The notes under the pieces were generated by a model. It saw only the letters and a list, made by a program, of their open reading frames with translations. It had not been told where the DNA came from and did no database searches. A DNA stretch of 64,000 nt, taken from Anthoceros angustus (Eukaryota > Plantae > Anthocerotophyta). The position numbers and the translations under genes are program-made. Positions 47,926 through 61,567 of this stretch are shown here, one piece after another. The stretch spans positions 1,550,001 through 1,614,000 of the forward strand of contig MU008165.1 of NCBI GenBank assembly GCA_010909165.1, read 5' to 3'. Position 1 is the stretch's first letter. Every line of letters begins with the position of its first letter.

Positions 47926-50463
47926 CTAGACATCGTAGATCTTCCGCACTGCTCGAATCTGCTCCCGACAGATAGGGCACCTGGGCGAGGCTCCCTTTTG
48001 TATGCTGTAGACAATCAACCAAACGTGAGTGTGTGAGTTAGACTGTCCCGACACACAAAATGCGAGAGACGTTCACTCATGTCAATGAATACTGATCCAT
48101 TGACGACTCACCTAATACCACAATTGTAGCACGTAGATCGATGTCCACAGGGGTCCATGAAGCTGTCCTTGGGATTCTCAAAACACACTGCACAAAGATC
48201 GCCTCCTGGGTGCACTGTTTCCTCTTCATGGACGCCTTGTTTGTCGTCCCTGTTTTTTATCAGAGGCTCTCTCTCCGAACCTTCGGCCAGCACCGAACTG
48301 TCCAACGGCGGAGCACTAGGAGCTACAGAACGAGGTGGTGCAGTATCAGGGGCTGTGTCCATTTGGGCAGGTGCACACGACTCTGAAGCAGGGCCATTCT
48401 CATCTGTCACGCTGCGCCAGGCTCGGCACATGTAGACAGCTGCGACGCATCCTGAACAACACAGTTAACTGCAAGTTACAGGCACGTCTCAAATTTGATG
48501 TGCAAAGTGTTCACACACATGCACAGTTACATGGGCGGAACGCCTTGTGTGCAAAAGCGAAAATCCGAATTCAAACCAACTGAGGAAGTGAGCACATACC
48601 AATAATAATACCAAGAATAACCCAAAGTAGCGCCCACCGTCCTTTGTGTATTATTTCAACATCCCAGCCTGGTACAATACCCTACAGATCACAAAGGAAG
48701 ATATTAGAAAGGATATTTGATAAGTCAGAAGTCTTGGAGATCCGGTCCGAGATTACCTGAGAAGGGGTTTCCAGAACAACATATGTTGAGCCCAAGAACG
48801 GGATCTTTGCAAGACAGACTCTACCAAAAACTTCGCAAACCGTATCAGCCTTTGTTGTCTCGTACAGGAGGGAGTGAATCTTCACGTCCACTGAGGCCTG
48901 CTGCATAGCTTTTGCGTTAGAGAGAGCTCAGCACATTCAACAGTCCACAACAGACCACAAAAGACCCCTGCGATTCAAATGATTGACCTTAGTCTTGTAG
49001 GGATTAAGATTGCCAAGCCCAATATAATAGATATCATCAGAAGGCACCACAAATGAAGTCTCCCCAGTCCCTGCACAGAGAACAAACAAATAAGTAGTGG
49101 CAGAAAGGGACAAAGTCATCATAAATTTAGCCCGATGTAGTGCAAGAACCGTCCAGACTCCCATGGCAGCCCCTTGCTCACCTGTTAACCAGCTCCAAAA
49201 ATCTGCTGTCTCTGGATCCCTTGGGTCGTCCTTCCAGTCCTCCAAGCCATTACGCCCTGCAGTTTCGGATCTCAAGACTGACGATCTACCCTTCGTCTAG
49301 GTACAGAGAATTGCATGACACAGAATGACAGGAGCTTTTCCCGTTGAGGCCCTATAAGTTACCTGAGGGTATGGCCAGGATTAGTCCAGAACTTGGGACA
49401 CTGTACGAAATTTTCAATTCTGATCCCTTGTTGAGCCAAAACGCCCATTGCTGAAAAAAGATATGAACAACTGCATCCGCTTCAGATGTAGAAGTAGTGC
49501 ACATCCCAAAAAGTAAGATTAGCACACAGTGCAACTTACCCAATAAGAGTTAGGACCTAAAGAAGAATTGAAGTTCACCGAGTAGTCTGCTGAACGACTC
49601 AGAGCTGGTTTTTCAGAGAAAGTGTACAGAATAGGGCCACTACTTGACATAAGGTTCTTCACCTGCACACGACGCAGCCCATGTAGCAGCATTACACACA
49701 TACCACATAGCCTCATCTCCTGATCCTTGACAGATCTCATGAAAAAGAGATTATCTGTCAAAGAGAGCACGAACATATGCTGCACCCATGCTTAATCAGC
49801 AAGAATAGCACAATACCCAAGTTCTCACAAAGTACCTGAATCTCCTTGGTAAAGAGTGAAGTTACTGCTATCGGCATAGTACTGTTGGATTTCACTGTCC
49901 AAACCTCGCTGCTTTGGCCATACGCCTGGCGAAGGCTATTGAAAGTAACTGCACAATTGAAACCCGAAACAATACTTGTCAAACTGTCCGACTAGTCCAC
50001 CAGTGTCTACCCATATCTACAACACGAGACATCCATGACTTGTTGGCAGGGCAGCCAACCCGGAAAGTAGTAGTGATGCAAATGTCAGCTCGATCCCATC
50101 TGACTAATGAAATTGGTAGGTGACGAGGTTACCTATACTAACAATGGCTATAACCAACCAGGTGAATATCAGACAAACCCATCTGAATAACGACGCTGCA
50201 ACGTCTGGTGTAGCACTTGTATACATTGGTCCCGGAGTAACTACCGGTACAATCATGGGAGTTCGAGCGGGAAAGATGTGATGGTGAGGATGATGCACGA
50301 AAGGACGGTGGCTAGGTCCATGATGGTTAGGGAAACTGCCTCCCGAGTCACGGCCAACCCCTCCACCTCCGTGCCTCTGACCAAACTGTCCACCTCCATC
50401 ACGCCCGTGACTAAACCCTCCACCTCCATGATGCCCATGACCTCCATGGTGCCCGTGAGCCAT
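47926..50463 (-). CDS. Membrane-anchored RING-HC E3 ligase, APD1-4-like, with a His/Gly-rich N-terminus
   Basis: C-terminal LCAVCFENPKDSFMDPCGHRSTCYNCG...CPICREQIRAVRKIYDV*; middle GPILYTFSEKP, WAFWLNKGSELKISYSV, YYIGLGNLN; transmembrane segments at both ends. Confidence 0.85.
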
Positions 50464-50729
50464 TTTCTACCTTTCGTTCGGCTAGATAAGAGCAACCACC
50501 AGCGAAATTTGAGTGAATTCTTCTGTACTGCAGTGACATATGTGACAAGATTTAGCTGAAGCTCAACATACTGAAACATTTCTTAACAAACAAAGCGTAC
50601 ACATGAACCCTGATGACTGATCTTCCAGTACCAGCACCCAGAGTGTACTGAGAAACATGAACAACAGGAAGACAGCCCAGCAAAGTAGCAGCAATACTCT
50701 CCAGCCACAGATCTTGGAATCACAACTCA

Positions 50730-51125
50730 GCAGTACATGGTCATTGGAGTGAACGACACCTTCACAAGAGCAGGCCTGATGGAGTTCTTCTACGACCAGG
50801 TTCCCGATAACGTGAAGAGCATCGGATCTGCCATATCCGTGAGCACTGGTCTCATCAGTACTGTCACATTCGTCACAGGCAGGGAGGGGAACAGCCCCTG
50901 GCTCGTCGACAACATCAACAGGCCTCACTTGGATAACTTCTACTGGCTACTCGCAGCCATCAGCACCGCCAAGATGCTGCTATTCGTCGTCACCTCCAAA
51001 GGCTACACGTATCCACTACATACAAGAAAAGTCGCACGCCGCAGTTTAAGACAGAAACCACTCTTGTAAAGCGCTGAAAAGCCTCCCTTGCGCTCCATTA
51101 CCTTCACTACGAGAGAAAATGGTGG
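50730..51125 (+). pseudogene. Partial duplicate of the NPF gene 3' end plus its 3' flank
   Basis: Near-identical to ~46246-46716 (GVNDTFTRAGLMEFFYDQVPDNVKSIGSAISVS...LDNFYWLLAAIST), with an internal deletion between GTGAGC repeats and no upstream NPF sequence. Confidence 0.92.
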
Positions 51126-51569
51126 AGTCGAAGGCCTTTCTTCGATCCGCAGCTATGTGCCTCTATGGCGTATCGGAAAAGCTTCTTAGTGGCTTTGCTT
51201 AAGAAGGGTGACGCGTCGACAATCAATTTAATACAGTATTTATCCTAGAAAAGGATACGATTATTTATCCTATATTTTGATAAAATTAATTTTTTCCCCT
51301 AGCACCCCATCTAGGTACTGATGTAACTGTAGTATGCCTAACAACAAGTTTTTATGAATGTATGCCATTTTGCTTAAGTCATTTGGACCTCCCAGTTTAC
51401 TCCCTTTAACCCCTAATGGATGAATCGACTCATTTTCAGTCTTTGGCCTCGAAGAACGGCTATATGTTTGTCGATTGAAATTGCCCTGGCGGGGTTTGGT
51501 TGACAAAACGTGGAGGAGGCGACGGGCTATTTTTTAACAGATGGAAAAAACCTAAACTAATTAGGACTA

Positions 51570-51900
51570 ATACTTGCTCACAAGTTTGCATAGGGGGTTG
51601 AGCATATACGAGCATCTGCTAAAAATCCTTACACCGTCTCTCGATTCTTTCATAACTTGGCAGATGCCATAAGGAAGGAAGGCGCTTTAGTGCATCACGG
51701 ATTTGAAATGAAGATAAATGTAGTTTCTCAAAAGCATTCATGTAAATGGATAGCGAGCAGCTCGTATGTCCAATACTGTTATGTCAGAAAACAAGAGAGT
51801 CTCACGTATTTGTCGTGCATTAGTTCTGCTCGCAACACACTTCCGGGCACCTACATATTCAAGGGGGTCAAATGGAGACTTAATTTTCTTCTGCTACGTG
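51570..51900 (+). mobile_element. Decayed pogo/Fot1-type (Tc1-mariner superfamily) DDE transposase relic
   Basis: A*GVEHIRASAKNPYTVSRFFHNL and ESLTYLSCISSARNTLPGTYIFKG match pogo-type motifs (RA.A.N...V..FF..L; T...CISA.G..LP...IFKG). Stops and deletions are present. Confidence 0.65.
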
Positions 51901-52555
51901 AGGTTAGAATGCCTTATTACGAATGTTAGGACCTCAATGTGGCCTGAGTACTCTAGTCTCCTACCACCGAGCTTGAAATCACAATTGACTACTTCCAAGC
52001 CGCAAGACAACCGTCAAGAACCACAGCTCCAAAATTAAAGGAACGGGATAAAAGAACAACTCCAATAAATAAACTTTCATTGCAAAACTAAAATTATTTT
52101 GTTAATTTTATCGTATTGAAAATTAGGCTAATCCGCATGTATCTTTTACAAATAAAAATCACCGAGTACGTGTCGTTCACAGCTGCTGCCACTTGAGGGC
52201 CTCCAGCGTTGGACAAGTGTCTACGAGAAATGCATTTGCACTTCGTGTTCACCTATTTGAAGTGTGTCAGCAACGAATGGACAGGATTTCGAAGGTCATT
52301 TGTGGAGCCCCAGCTGCTTGTGCCAAACAGGTCGGAACTCTTTGGTGGCTGGGGGTGGAGGGCTCGTCTTACTGGTGGAGTTGGAGGCTGCTTATCTGAG
52401 CAAAGGTTCCAGCAAGCCAGAATCGAAAGGTGTCCTCGAAGGATCGAACGATCCAAGGTAGTTTCAGACTTGTGTTTTCAAGACGTCCCGTCCAGTTTTG
52501 TTGAAATCTGGGTTTCATCTTAGCTTTGCTGGGCCTGTCTCTTCTGCAGGTAGAA

Positions 52556-52750
52556 ATGTTTTTCTGCTTCGTTTGCGATCAAAAGCGGGAAGTGAAGAGT
52601 GCCCGACCTGCATCAGGCCTCTGCTCAAGATGCGGAGGAGCGGCCGCGAATGTAAAAGTGAAGGATACCTGTCGCTTTTGTTTCATTCCCGTGTGCTGCA
52701 GAACGCACCGGTCACTCACATGCACTCGGTGCGGGGCTCACCTCAAATAG
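52556..52750 (+). CDS. Small Cys-rich zinc-ribbon protein (zinc_ribbon_15-like), 64 aa
   Basis: MFFCFVCDQ...GLCSRCGG...RFCFIPVC.......CTRCGAHL*; apparent 5'UTR intron at ~52458-52549. Confidence 0.82.
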   Translation: MFFCFVCDQKREVKSARPASGLCSRCGGAAANVKVKDTCRFCFIPVCCRTHRSLTCTRCGAHLK

Positions 52751-54754
52751 CTGTAGCTCACCTAATCCCTCGTAGTGGCGGCAGCAGCCCCTTCTCTTCT
52801 GTCGCTTTTTGCTGGCTCTGAGTGGACGCCGACGCTCGTTAGAGATTGCAGGCATCTCTAAGAGACGACTGAATTCTCTGATATGCTTACGGTGTCACCC
52901 TCTGTTCGAGGCGACTGATTAGAAGAGCTTCAGGTCATAACACCTCCTTGACAGGAAGAGTGTGTACAATTGATGGACATTTTGTTTGGTTCGTTTTTTA
53001 TAAGGGAGGACACCAGCCGTGTGGTACATCCTCTGTGCCCTAATGAGGAGGGCAAAAGATTGAGACCAGAAGGTAACCTCTCATGTGTACACATTTAGTA
53101 CACATTTAAAGTGAACAGCACGTTCAGTGACATGAAGAGAAGGTTGTGAATTCAGTAACTGTATAGCTCAGCCAAGCATGCATCAGTCCGCCCATCTCTC
53201 TGGGGGAGACCCGTACGACACCAGAATTTTCTGCAAAAGCACAAGACAAAGCTCGACTTCACGCTCGAATGCAACAAAACGAGGGAGCCTAGAACGTCCC
53301 AGCTCTGTGATGGCTGGGCTTTCAGTAGCTGGGATGCAGTTGCTTCCACTTCTCCCACAACAAGCATTCAGCACAATTCCCACTGCACCAGCTCGAAGAA
53401 CTAATCTGCATAAACTTGTACTTCGTTCTTCCGACGGACTCAGTCTCTGCCACCGCGAAGAAGGCTAGTAGCGGATAGTGCCCCGGAAAAGACGAATAGC
53501 TGCCGCTTTGAATATTCACTGCGCATTCACTGCAAAACGAAACCCCAGAACAAGACTGTCCATCCACAGAGCAGATGGAAACCTCGTTCCCGAGCAACCA
53601 TGCCTCGCGAAAGAACTGCTGCTCCGCAAGCAGACAGAAAACTAACTAAAACGCATACAAGCGGTTAAGATCCGCATGGCCTGTTCCGACATATTCCGCC
53701 GGTCGCTGGCCTGCAACAAGCATCATCTCAGCAGCTCAGCGATGTCTAATAACCTGGCCCGGCCCGGTCTAAGGGAAGAAGGCACACTTGCCGTGAGAAC
53801 ACACCTGCATGGTGGGAAGGCTTGCGAGACCTGTGCAAGCAAATCCAAGATTTCCAAGCCCCTGCCGCACCTGCCTGGGAGCTGTGCGATGCTACCACCG
53901 CCTTCAGTGAAATTTGGCACAAAACGTGATTCGCGAAGCGACATTGAAAACCCTAGAATGTTCGGACGCTTTTGGTTGGACGAACTGTGGTTCCAGGTGA
54001 TGCCCTGTGTATCAAGGGCCTTTCACAACGCAAACGACACCGAGGCCGGGACTGCGCAGTTGGTTTTGGACTTTCCTAAATAAGGAGAACTGTTGGAAAC
54101 TGTGGCTCACGGCGCCGTTCGGAGCGAACGGCGCCGTGAGGGAAACTGCGGCCCCAGTTAAGAGTCAGCGGGAGGAGCGGGCAACTACATAGCCGGCCGT
54201 GTCTAGTGGCTCGTTTCCCATTTCGTGTTTCGTCTCCATTCCTTTGTGTTGCGTCTCCTTTCATCTGCCGTTTGTGGACTTAGTGTCGGGAAGTTCGAGT
54301 CCTTTCTAATTTTTTTTATATTTATGGATAAATTATTCTATATTTTTCTAACCGTGTTCTTATAGTCTCTGACTATCATGTACCTCTTGGATCTCACGAC
54401 GCAACACTAGGCTCAAAGTAGCCCGCCATCAAGAATGACTCGCTAACCACCTCCTCGAGGTGCTACTCTTTTATTCACAAAATACACATTCCAGTTTGGC
54501 TATCTCAACACGAATAAAAGAATACACACTTGAGTGTGGCTTGAGTCTGGCTATCTGCGACCAATTGGCTACTGCCCTTGACTCATCTACAAGCTCACTA
54601 TCTAGGCTCTCCACACCTCTCTCAATACAAGGCTTGCAATGCACAATGAACTAATCCATACAAAGTGTTTGCTCTAGTCTTTATATATTCCATAGGCTCG
54701 CCTATAGGACAGCTACTAGTTAATTTTTTGATCTCTTTTAATTGTCACAACTAT

Positions 54755-54883
54755 GGTGTTTTTTTGGAAGGAAGAACGAACATCCATCAGTGCCTTTTAT
54801 TACTGTGCTGTTTTTAGAAAGAAAGAACGAACATCCATCAGTGCCATTACTACCACGGTGTTTATTGAAAGAACGAACATCCA
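54755..54883. repeat. ~50-bp degenerate tandem repeat x3 in the OMT 3' flank
   Basis: The motif tgttttt..gaa.gaagaacgaacatcca(tcagtgcc) occurs three times. Confidence 0.8.
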
Positions 54884-54935
54884 GGTTTGGGATGTAGGTA
54901 CAGCTTCCGCATCCTTTCTCTAAATGTAAGCTACA

Positions 54936-56296
54936 TTAGTCTTTGAAGGCCTCCATCACAGCAGTCATCGCATCCCTCACCACAGCCACTTGAAACCTGC
55001 TGAACCCTGCAGCTGTCACAAGCTTCCTGAACTCATGTTCCGTCCGCTCCTTCCCTCCCACGTTGTAGGTGAGCATGTGAATATCCACCTGCAAGGGCGC
55101 CTTCATATCAATGCCCTTCCCTGTTTCTTGGGGGAGCAATGTGTCCACGAAGACGACCTTCCCCCCCACGGGCAGCGCCTTATAGATGTTCTTTAGGATT
55201 ATCAGACTGTGTTCGTCACTCCAGTCGTGGAGCACTTTCTGCATCAGTCGGAGAAAAAGGTGACAAAGTCAGGGAGCTGTGTCGCAGGATCCGAGTGCAA
55301 TGACATTCGCCAAGGACATGGATTGGAGCCAGTAACCTTCATGAAGATGGTGTCGCCACTGGGAACCTCCTTCAACGCGTCACCACCCACATGCTCCACG
55401 CCTGTCCAAACACACCCACAGCATTGTGGTCAGGAAGATAGCTTGGATGCAAGTGCGGACAAGCTGGGCCAGGCGATAGCAAGCCAACCTTCATAGGCGG
55501 GAGCCGACGCAACCGTGTGCGGCAGGTCGAAGTTGATAGCTCGGATGTGGGGGTACTTCTCCTTGATGAGGCTGATGGTGGTGCCCACCCCGCCCCCTAC
55601 ATCCACCAGCACCTTGGTGTCCTTGAACCCGTCGTAGATTTCCAGCACTCTCTTGGTGATGATGCTGGCGCCCCCGGACATCATGTTGTTGAAGAGCGCG
55701 CCCACCTCCGGGTTCTTGGCAACATGGCTCCATGTGTCAGTGCCATGGGCGAGCGTGAAGGCGTCCACTCCCTGGAGCACGGCCGGGGTCAGGAACTCAT
55801 GCGTCCGCAGGAAGTCCGGGTGCATGTTGCACTTGATGCCCGCGGCGAGGGACTTGACCCCGGGCCTGTCCACCAGCAGAGCCGACACCCGGTTCAGCGC
55901 ATACTTGCGCTCCACCTCGCCGTCTTTCTCCGTTACGGACTCCGTGAAGAGATTGTGGGCGGTAAGGAGGCGCAGGATGCGGCCGACCTGCTCCGTGGTG
56001 GTGCTGACCCCGCCTTCGATCTGCGCTGTCAGCTCGCTGCAACCATTCAAAACCCACACACGCATTCCGCTCAATCACCATCCCGAACGCAGTCCCAGTA
56101 TCAAATGTGGGCAGTCCCAGTACCTGGCGGACAGAAAAGCTCCTGGCCCGGCCTTGCCCAAGACATTGAACACATCCAAATCCACTAGCGTCTTCATCGC
56201 CGCAGGCACCACGCTTAGGGTGCACAAGTACACATTCTCCATACCAGGAGGAACGGGCACACCATCAGAGAACTCGGAGCTGCCATTGGTGGCCAT
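54936..56296 (-). CDS. Class II O-methyltransferase (COMT-like)
   Basis: VLVDVGGGVGTT, INFDLPHTV, GVEHVGGD, KVLHDWSDEH, GGKERTEHEF; N-terminal dimerisation domain (RILRLLTAH); about 4 exons. Confidence 0.93.
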
Positions 56297-56780
56297 TGAT
56301 CCAGCAGCTCCCCCTCCTCTCCTTCCCTTTCCTTCGAGCACTGCTTCTGGGCTCCCTCTGTGCGTGCTCTGGGCTTCTGGATCTAATAGGGTCACAGCTC
56401 CTCGTTGGAGTGCATGATTGACTGTGTCTCCAGCATTCCACTGCGCTTACTAAAAGCCGGAAGAATCCGTGCCCGGTCGTGGAATAAAAAGACCGGTACA
56501 AGACGAGTGGTCAAGACGGATCCGGCCTATTATGTAGAGGGCCTTGCTTGACGTTGCCTTCCGCCTGCCCGGATGCGGGCCCAGCCAGTCGCAGCCGTTG
56601 GCCCTGCAAAGCTGTCGCAGGTTCCGTTGGCCCACGGAGAGAGGAAGACCCGTCATCAGAGGCCTGACAAACTTTGTCAGCAAGGACTCAACTTTTATTC
56701 ATGAATCAAAAGAATAGGCCTGGACACCTACTTACAGGCCCTGCAAGGGCGGACTAAAAGGTTGGGAGACAGGAAAGAGT

Positions 56781-57998
56781 TCACAAGTCGTAGATTACAC
56801 TCCAGCCGCCATTCAGGTCCGCGTTCAACGTCCAGTTGTTTTCCCTAATCTGGAAGTACGGTGTCTGCAAAAAACGGAAGAAGTGGGGGGACGTCGTGCC
56901 GGGTGTGAGAAACCAAACTGGGTCAGGGTGGAGTCAAGGACAGGACCTTTGTCTCATGTGGAAGCCTAGAGCCGGCATGGGATGGGGTCCGCAACGAGAC
57001 AACATGCCGTTATGTATCATACCTGCTTGAAGGGGTTGTAACCGAGCTTCACTTTCAGGTCCTGATCCTCCGTGAAATTGTATACCTTGTAGCTCAGTTC
57101 CACTGAACCCCTTGGCTGACCCTGCACGTGAGTCACCAAGCTTTGTCTCTTACGGATTCTGCCCATCTGAGCCTCAAAGAGAGCAGAGGAGGCAACAGCT
57201 AGGAGGTGCCTGCAACTGCATGCGAGCTACAGACATGGAAAGCTAGCAGTGTGACTTCTGGACATACGTACCACCCTCAAGCCCGGGTTGACGTTGTATC
57301 CGCCTTTGAGATCCACACTCAGTAGACCATTGTCTGTAATAGTGATGGATTTTTTCGCTTGGATGTCGTAAGTAAACTCTTTCAACTCTGAGTTGAATTT
57401 TGCTCCTACGTCTAAGCTGGTTAACAGCTGCAGGAGAGGAAGTCGTATCAGTCAGTGCGGGAACAGTTCTGGATGTGCATCTTCAGAAAGGGAGCAAAAG
57501 CAAGCTGATTTGACCTCAGGGAAAAATTTGCGCTTCAGCTGCGCTACAGCGCTGGCTGCACCTGTATGCGTGTTCAGCTTCCCGTGTACCTGCCAGAGTT
57601 GGCCACACCATTCACCGCCAAGCTGTTAGACAATGTTCGATTCCTGCATCCGGGTTTGAGAGAACAAGCATACTCAAGGTCTCTAAAATGCACGGAATCG
57701 CAATCGGGGCCACCACAACACAAACCCTAAAACCACCACCATACCACAGACTGGGCAGCGATCTCGCAAACAAAGCACAAGCCAAACAGGCTGAAACAGC
57801 ACTCCAAATAACAAAATCCAAACCCACAGGCAACACAAAATCGCCAAGACAACTATCCAAGAACACAGGCAAACTCCTACAGCTCGGAACAAGAAAGGAG
57901 TGTACCTGCAGGAAGAAGGAGCTGTCTAGCAGAAAATTCTCCTTGGCATGCAAGAAGAGCTGCTTCTCACCAGCTCCATATCTCAGAGAGGTCTCCAT
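56781..57998 (-). CDS. OEP21: Chloroplast outer envelope pore protein 21
   Basis: METSLRYG...[70 protein letters not shown]. Confidence 0.93.
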
Positions 57999-58433
57999 CC
58001 TCGACAGCCTCCTCTGCTCAGTTCAGAGGAGTAGCATTAAAATGCGGCTCAGCATCCAATAATTTAGGGCTTCAGGAGCAAGAACCGGGGAGCCTGTAGC
58101 ACAGGCGTCCTACCACGGCCGGTAGCCCCACCCAAACAACTGCAGATTCCTCCCCGACGGATTGAGCTTCACAGCAGGAGAGAGAGGCTCGAGGAAGCGA
58201 CACTCTCGTCTCATCCGAGGAAAACCAGACAAACCAAGTTTCGCCCAATGGCGAAACGCTTTCGGAATTATAGCTTCAACAATAAAGACAAGGAAATTGC
58301 CAGTTTAATATAAATCTGAAGTACAACGCAAAACAAGAAAGGAAACACGAACACACAAGGCTAGCCTTGTGCACGATGATTGGAACAATCACGATCCGAT
58401 TTGTTGGGCTGTTGGTTTGTGGTCGTGGACACC

Positions 58434-61080
58434 ATGTATCCATGGTTACTGCTGATCGTGGTGCTCGTGCTGGTGCATCCAGCATCAGCGGTGCCGGCCT
58501 ACCTCCTGACAGCCGCCTCAGGCAAATATCTAACCCAGGACGCTCAATGGATTTCCCAACGTCTTGACCACTTCGCCACCCAGGTCTACCATTGGTCCAG
58601 TCTCGAGTCAAGCTCCTCACATTTGTGCTTAATCCAGCTGGTTGGGTCAATCTGCTGTAATCTGGTGTCTGTCCTGCCATAGGACCGAACGCAATTCCGG
58701 CAGCGGTACTTCGAGTTCCTGGACTACTTCACAGAGCCTGATGGACCCATCTTCCTTCGCATCTGCGGGGAGTCCACCTGCAAGGGGGTCAGCAATGACT
58801 ATAACGGGGTACTGTACATGGCCATTTCAGCTATTTGGACTGAGCTGTAATGTTGCTGACTGTGTGTGTGGGGGATTGGTATGGCAGGTGCTGGCGAAAC
58901 AGTTTGGTGCCGCCTTGGTTACTTTGGAACATCGTTATTATGGAGAGAGTTCTCCTTTCTCTGACCTCACCACTGATAATCTGAAGTACCTCTCCTCCCA
59001 GCAAGCTCTGTTCGACTTGGCTGCGTTTCGGGAGTACTATCAGGTCAGATGATGGGTTCTGAAGATCTTGGTGAACCCGAGGGTTAGAATTCCGTAATTT
59101 TACACTTCATATTCATTCTGCTGCTTTTTGCTAATGGCAGGGTCTGGTGAACACTAGGCATAACAAGGCTGGAGATAACCCCTGGTTTGTGTTTGGGGTG
59201 TCTTACTCCGGTGCAATGAGTGCTTGGTTTCGGCTAAAGTTTCCTCATCTCACGCGTGGAAGCTTGGCAAGCTCAGCTGTTGTACTTGCAGTCTACAACT
59301 ATACACAGTTTGATGAGCAGGTGATTTTGTCAGGCCTGTTTTTGTTATTGAGGAAGACACAATTTCTTGCTTTTCGAGACCCCATGTTTGTTTTTGGCCC
59401 TCAGCTAAGGTGAGAATGACTTTGCAGGTAGCCCAGTCGGCAGGTCCTGAGTGCGCTAGTGCATTACGATTAGTGAATAAACTAGTGGAGAAAGAGCTGG
59501 AGACAAATGCCACTGCTGTCAAAATTCTCTTCGGTGCACAGCAGGTGAGGATATCAATTTCTGTGAGGCTAGAAATGATGGAAGAGTAGCAGGTGAATGT
59601 TGACAAGAACGTGTCTGCTGTTTTGAGTTCGTAGATTTAATCTAGGGGGTGGGAATTTTGATTGTGCGATTGTGCTGCAGCTCGAGGTGGATGGTGACTT
59701 CTTATATCTACTGGCAGATGCTGGAGCTATAGCAGTAATTAGCAATCTGAACCTATGTTTCAACAAGGGTGCTCATCGTTTATGGACAGTGCTCTTCCGT
59801 ATTATGACGTCAACCTGTGGTTGTCAGGTGACATGCTAGAGTTCCTTTCCCAACTAATGGGTTCCTCGTTCTTGGTTCAGTTTCAGTATGGCAATCCTGA
59901 TGAGCTGTGTGGGCCTTTAGTGGCAGCAAATGCTGCAGGTCAGGATGTCCTGGTAATTTTCCCTTCGTACCACAGTGGTTGTGTTGATGGCATGCAACCT
60001 TATGCTTCACTCCTTGCTCAGGTTGCTGTGTGCTCTCTCTCATCTTGCTGCATTTGCAGGGTGCATATGCAAACTATGTGAAGTCATTCTACTATGACTA
60101 CTTTGGAGTTTCTCCTGACTCCTACAGTCAGGAGTATCTCAAGCAGACCCAAGCTGGACCAGAATCAGGTAATCGATCAGCTCTCCCAAATTGTTTGTGA
60201 TCTTTTGTTGTCAACTGTGGTTCGGTTATATGCCTGTGCAGGTGAGCGCCAGTGGTGGTATCAGGTCTGTACAGAGGTAGCCTATTTTCAGGTGGCACCC
60301 GAGCATGACAGCATCCGTTCATCTAGAGTGAATACCCAGTGCGCGTTTCCATCCTCTCGCTGTCTTCTACCACATTGTGATCAGCCATCGTTTTGCACAT
60401 TTATCTCAGATTGCTCTGGGTTTGCACATACTACCTGACCGCAGGTATCATCTGGACGTTTGTGCCAATGTTTTTGGGAATGGGACCTATCCGGAGGTTG
60501 ACATCACCAATTTGTACTATGGAGGAACTGACATCGCAGGCATATTTCAAAGCTGCACTTCTTCGTGTCGTTCGCACTGTTAACTCTCATGACTTTACTG
60601 ATCGTTTGTGGGCACATCCAGGTTCCAGGATAATTTTCACAAATGGGTCACAGGATCCATGGCGCCATGCATCCAAGCAGACATCATCATTTGGTGGTAA
60701 GCTTCTGTCCATGTACCCGATGAGTGACAGAACAACAGGAAGTCTTAGAGAGTACACTTTTCTTCGCAAATCTGCTCGTAACAGGCTTCTTTCCCCTGGC
60801 ATCGTGCAGAGCCATCTTATTTGATACAGTGCCATAACTGCGGACATGGCAGCGACTTACGGGGATGCCCACAGTCTCCAATGCAACTGGAAGGTAGCGT
60901 GTCGACTGCCCTGGCTATCGTGAGAAGTGAGATCTCAGAATAGCTTCTGATGGTACTATGCTTGCTTTTGCAGGTGATTCAACCAAATGTGCTAAACCAC
61001 AAGAGGTGGACCAAATCCGCGATCTCATTTCGAGCTACATCAGAAAGTGGCTCGAATCTGAGCAGCACATGTCAGCATAG
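58434..61080 (+). CDS. Serine peptidase family S28 (prolylcarboxypeptidase/EDA2-like), secreted
   Basis: Signal peptide; QRLDHF, LEHRYYGES, YLSSQQALFDLA, FGVSYSGAMSAWFRLKFPH, RQWWYQVCTE, FTNGSQDPWR, HGSDL. Includes a GC-AG intron at 60540-60621. Confidence 0.94.
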
Positions 61081-61567
61081 TTCTAATTCCAAAAACCTTG
61101 TCCCCTACCCAATGCTCCGGGAGCAAGGGTGCCGGGGTTCTAGTGACTACGCTACTGATCCTGTGGTCACCCAGTTGGAAGTGTCTGCCCTCACATTTTC
61201 CGAGTCCATCACAGCCTGGAAGGCTGCGTCTCTCGGTTATACCTCTGATCTTTTTTGTATTTTATCAGTCTTTCGTATGATTCTCTCCTGGACTTTCAGA
61301 GTTCATCACCAGCATCTATCTGGACTCCCTTCAACACTCCAGAGTGACAGGTTCTGGCTGTGAAACGGACTATCACCGACGTAGGTCTTTGACGTGAGAG
61401 GAACAGCCATTGGCATTCAGCTTCAGTCCGAATGCACATCGACCGGAGTTGCGGCCCGCATCAAATTTTCAGCCCTAGGTGTGGTAGTAAACATACTATA
61501 AGAAATACGACTTAATTTTGATTTGTGTATCCTGGAAGGGGCCGGGAGGGGTGGGGCGCGCCAGGCA

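Noticed and set aside
53152-54083. Several overlapping short ORFs and a telo-box-like AAACCCTAG at ~53948
   Set aside because: No coherent reading frame or family motif; it may be a non-coding transcript, but the sequence alone cannot support that.
54379-54710. Possible solo LTR (TG...CA, LTR-like composition)
   Set aside because: No target-site duplication, PBS/PPT or second copy in the window.
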